Origin: an uncultured virus (IMG/VR IMGVR_UViG_3300010885_086743)
Lineage: Duplodnaviria; Heunggongvirae; Uroviricota; Caudoviricetes
IMG/VR virus record: IMGVR_UViG_3300010885_086743
Strand: one strand, 5' to 3'
Length of the DNA: 20,000 bases
A program made the position numbers and the translations under genes. Below, in pieces: positions 18,344-20,000 of this stretch. The notes below the pieces were generated by a model that was not told the origin of the DNA, did not search any database, and worked only from the letters and a program-made list of their open reading frames with translations. Each line of letters starts with the position of its first letter. Within the stretch, counting starts at the first letter, position 1.

Positions 18344-19657
18344 TTATCTTGTGCTCATAAAGCTATCTAAAACTTCACCTATATAAGCAATTTGCTCTTC
18401 AGTAATGACTGGTGAAGTACCCAAGAAGAAAGTGTCTGTAGTTACTTTTTTAGCAACTGGAAAATCACTCAAATCCATGTCTTTTACAAGATGGCTATAA
18501 GCTGGCTGCATCAAAATGTTTCCTGCAAAATAAGGTCTTGTTTGAATTTTTTGAGATTCAAAGAATTGACAAATATCACTTCTCTTAAATGGTGAATTAT
18601 CTTTTACAGTAAGTGGGAAAGCAAACCAGTTGACATCTGAATTTTTTTGAGCCACAGGAAGAACAAAATGATCTTCGTACTTTGAAAAAACTTCAAAAAG
18701 CAATTTATGATTTCTTTGGCGCAATTTTTTGATTTCAGCAAGCTTATCTATTTGAGCTAATAACATAGAGGCTTGAACTTCTATTGGTTTTAAGTTATAG
18801 CCAATTTCCTCATAAACATATTTATGATCAAAAACTTCTCCTGGAATACTAGGAAGCCATTCAGAAAATCTTTGATTGCAAGCTCCACACTCTGTAATGT
18901 TTTGCTTACCAATACAAAAACAACCACGGCCCCAATCTCTAATAGAACGAATTACTCTTTCGAGATCTTCATCATTGCAAACAACTAATCCGCCTTCTCC
19001 ACAAGTAATATGATGAGCAGGGTAGAAAGAGCAAGAAGCCATAGTGCCGAAACTACCCAAAGGATGACCGTCGAATAATGACCCCAAAGCATCACAACAA
19101 TCCTCCAGCAATATTAATCCATAATGATCAATAATATCTAACAATCTGTACATATCAGGTGGATTTCCCAATACGTGAGCAAATGTTATAATTTTTATTT
19201 CTGGATCTGCTTGCAATGTAGCTTCAACATCATCAAGATTCAAATTTAAGCCATCTAAAGAAATATCTACAAATACAGGCTTAAATCCGCATTGAAAGAT
19301 TGGATTGATAGTAGTAGGGAAACCAGCAATCGGTGTTAATACTTTGGTTCCCTCAGGCAAATTTAGATATCTTTTTGATTTCAACGCAGACATCATCAAA
19401 AGATTACTACTGCTGCCAGAATTGGTCAATAAAGCATGATTTTTGCCAAATAATGAAGCTAATTTCTTTTCTGCTTTATATGCTTCTGCACCTAAAACTA
19501 ACCAACCATCTAATAATGTAGAGACTGATCTAACAATTTCAGTGTGATCAAAGTAAGGTCCAGCATAATGGACGTGGTCTTTGCCAGGTCTCCATTTTTT
19601 ATTAGGTTCGTTTTTAATAAAATCTTCAACTAATTTAAGCAATTCTTCTTTAGTCAT
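18344..19657 (-). CDS. rfbH: CDP-4-keto-6-deoxyglucose 3-dehydratase E1 (RfbH/DdhC/AscC)
   Basis: 'NSGSSSNLL', 'GFPTT.NP', 'EDCCDALGS', 'SFYPAHHITCGEGG' (His for Lys), Fe-S segment 'DWGRGCFC...C..C' and 'DHKY.Y..IGYNLK'. Confidence 0.92.
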   Translation of the reverse strand: MTKEELLKLVEDFIKNEPNKKWRPGKDHVHYAGPYFDHTEIVRSVSTLLDGWLVLGAEAYKAEKKLASLFGKNHALLTNSGSSSNLLMMSALKSKRYLNLPEGTKVLTPIAGFPTTINPIFQCGFKPVFVDISLDGLNLNLDDVEATLQADPEIKIITFAHVLGNPPDMYRLLDIIDHYGLILLEDCCDALGSLFDGHPLGSFGTMASCSFYPAHHITCGEGGLVVCNDEDLERVIRSIRDWGRGCFCIGKQNITECGACNQRFSEWLPSIPGEVFDHKYVYEEIGYNLKPIEVQASMLLAQIDKLAEIKKLRQRNHKLLFEVFSKYEDHFVLPVAQKNSDVNWFAFPLTVKDNSPFKRSDICQFFESQKIQTRPYFAGNILMQPAYSHLVKDMDLSDFPVAKKVTTDTFFLGTSPVITEEQIAYIGEVLDSFMSTR

Positions 19658-19672
19658 ATAATAATTTTACCA
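19658..19672 (-). promoter_or_regulatory. Putative extended -10 promoter for the minus-strand sugar operon (leaderless)
   Basis: Minus strand TGG-TAAAAT-TATTAT-ATG: TGn plus hexamer at 19669-19664, 6 nt before the rfbH ATG, no SD, immediately after the terminator. Confidence 0.5.
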
Positions 19673-19680
19673 TTATTTAA

Positions 19681-19720
19681 ATAAAAAAAGAAGGGATATT
19701 TCTATCCCTTCTTTTTTTAT
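19681..19720 (-). terminator. Rho-independent terminator after the putative capsid gene
   Basis: Perfect 18-bp inverted repeat ATAAAAAAAGAAGGGATA (19681-19698) / TATCCCTTCTTTTTTTAT (19703-19720); loop reads GAAA on the minus strand; U7 tract; 13 nt after the stop codon. Confidence 0.92.
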
Positions 19721-19733
19721 GACTAGTTTAGAA

Positions 19734-20000
19734 TTAGCTAACGGTAATTCTGGAAACTGCGTAGTCATTGATAAGAGCAAAACCGAGCTCTTCGTAAACA
19801 ACCCATCCGAGTCTAAGTCTCTTTGGATCGTCTGCAGGAAGAACAGTAATGTCTTGGCGAACTGGCATTGCACCAACAAATTGGGCAGGAGCGAGAACGT
19901 AGACACTGTTCTTAGGAACCATTGTTGAAACGTGGATGTCTGCGGAATAAATATGTCCGTAGAGACCAGTCATAAGAATATCTCTTTGAGTTGCCTCATC
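19734..20000 (-). CDS. C-terminus of a putative HK97-fold phage major capsid protein (5' part outside window)
   Basis: Frame is open to the window edge: DEATQRDILMTGLYGHIYSADIHVSTMVPKNSVYVLAPAQFVGAMPVRQDITVLPADDPKRLRLGWVVYEELGFALINDYAVSRITVS. The 'G.I....I.VS..VP...VY' segment and terminal 'GW...E..G....N..AV..I' pattern resemble HK97-fold capsid C-termini. GC is 116/260 over 19741-20000, and a strong terminator follows. Confidence 0.7.
   Translation of the reverse strand, partial: DEATQRDILMTGLYGHIYSADIHVSTMVPKNSVYVLAPAQFVGAMPVRQDITVLPADDPKRLRLGWVVYEELGFALINDYAVSRITVS

Noticed and set aside
3367..19928. Short ORFs in the track (3367-3579, 4756-4947, 6262-6507, 10470-10652, 14460-14696, 15230-15415, 15671-15868, 17808-18131, 17989-18213, 19333-19521, 19673-19906, 19719-19928)
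   Set aside because: All overlap well-supported genes, antisense or out of frame, and show no recognisable motifs; treated as shadow ORFs.
1..20000. Stop-codon reassignment, as seen in some large phages
   Set aside because: Genes are full-length and densely packed under the standard code; TAA, TGA (e.g. 5075, 5842) and TAG (e.g. 10059, 11189, 13937) all end genes at sensible positions.
1..20000. CRISPR arrays, tRNA/rRNA genes, IS elements, introns/inteins, tandem repeats
   Set aside because: Intergenic gaps are at most about 100 nt and are accounted for by terminators or promoters; I saw no repeats, transposases or splicing motifs.

Overview
AT-rich window (sampled lines about 25-30% GC), almost fully coding, standard genetic code. 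Two convergent, tightly coupled gene runs meet at a bidirectional terminator near 6128-6156. The + strand run (<2-6129) encodes a 2OG-Fe(II) dioxygenase, a B12-dependent radical SAM enzyme, a minimal ThDP E1 alpha/beta pair, a ColD-like 3-dehydratase, RmlC, a HldE-like kinase and DUF962. The - strand run (19657-6157) encodes RfbH/E1, a YerE-like ThDP enzyme, two HpcH aldolases, an LdpA homolog, a HAD, an SDR, a FkbM methyltransferase, a GT8-like transferase, a cupin, a methyltransferase, a nucleotidyltransferase-kinase fusion, a GatZ-like protein, a second HAD and a hypothetical protein. At the right edge is the C-terminus of a more GC-rich (about 45%) gene that reads like an HK97-fold phage major capsid protein, followed by a strong terminator. 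Best interpretation (inference): a large phage carrying an elaborate biosynthesis locus for unusual deoxy, branched-chain and methylated sugars directly downstream of its capsid gene, a candidate virion-glycosylation system, with an LdpA-family Fe-S protein inside the sugar operon. All family calls come from motif recognition; no database search was run.
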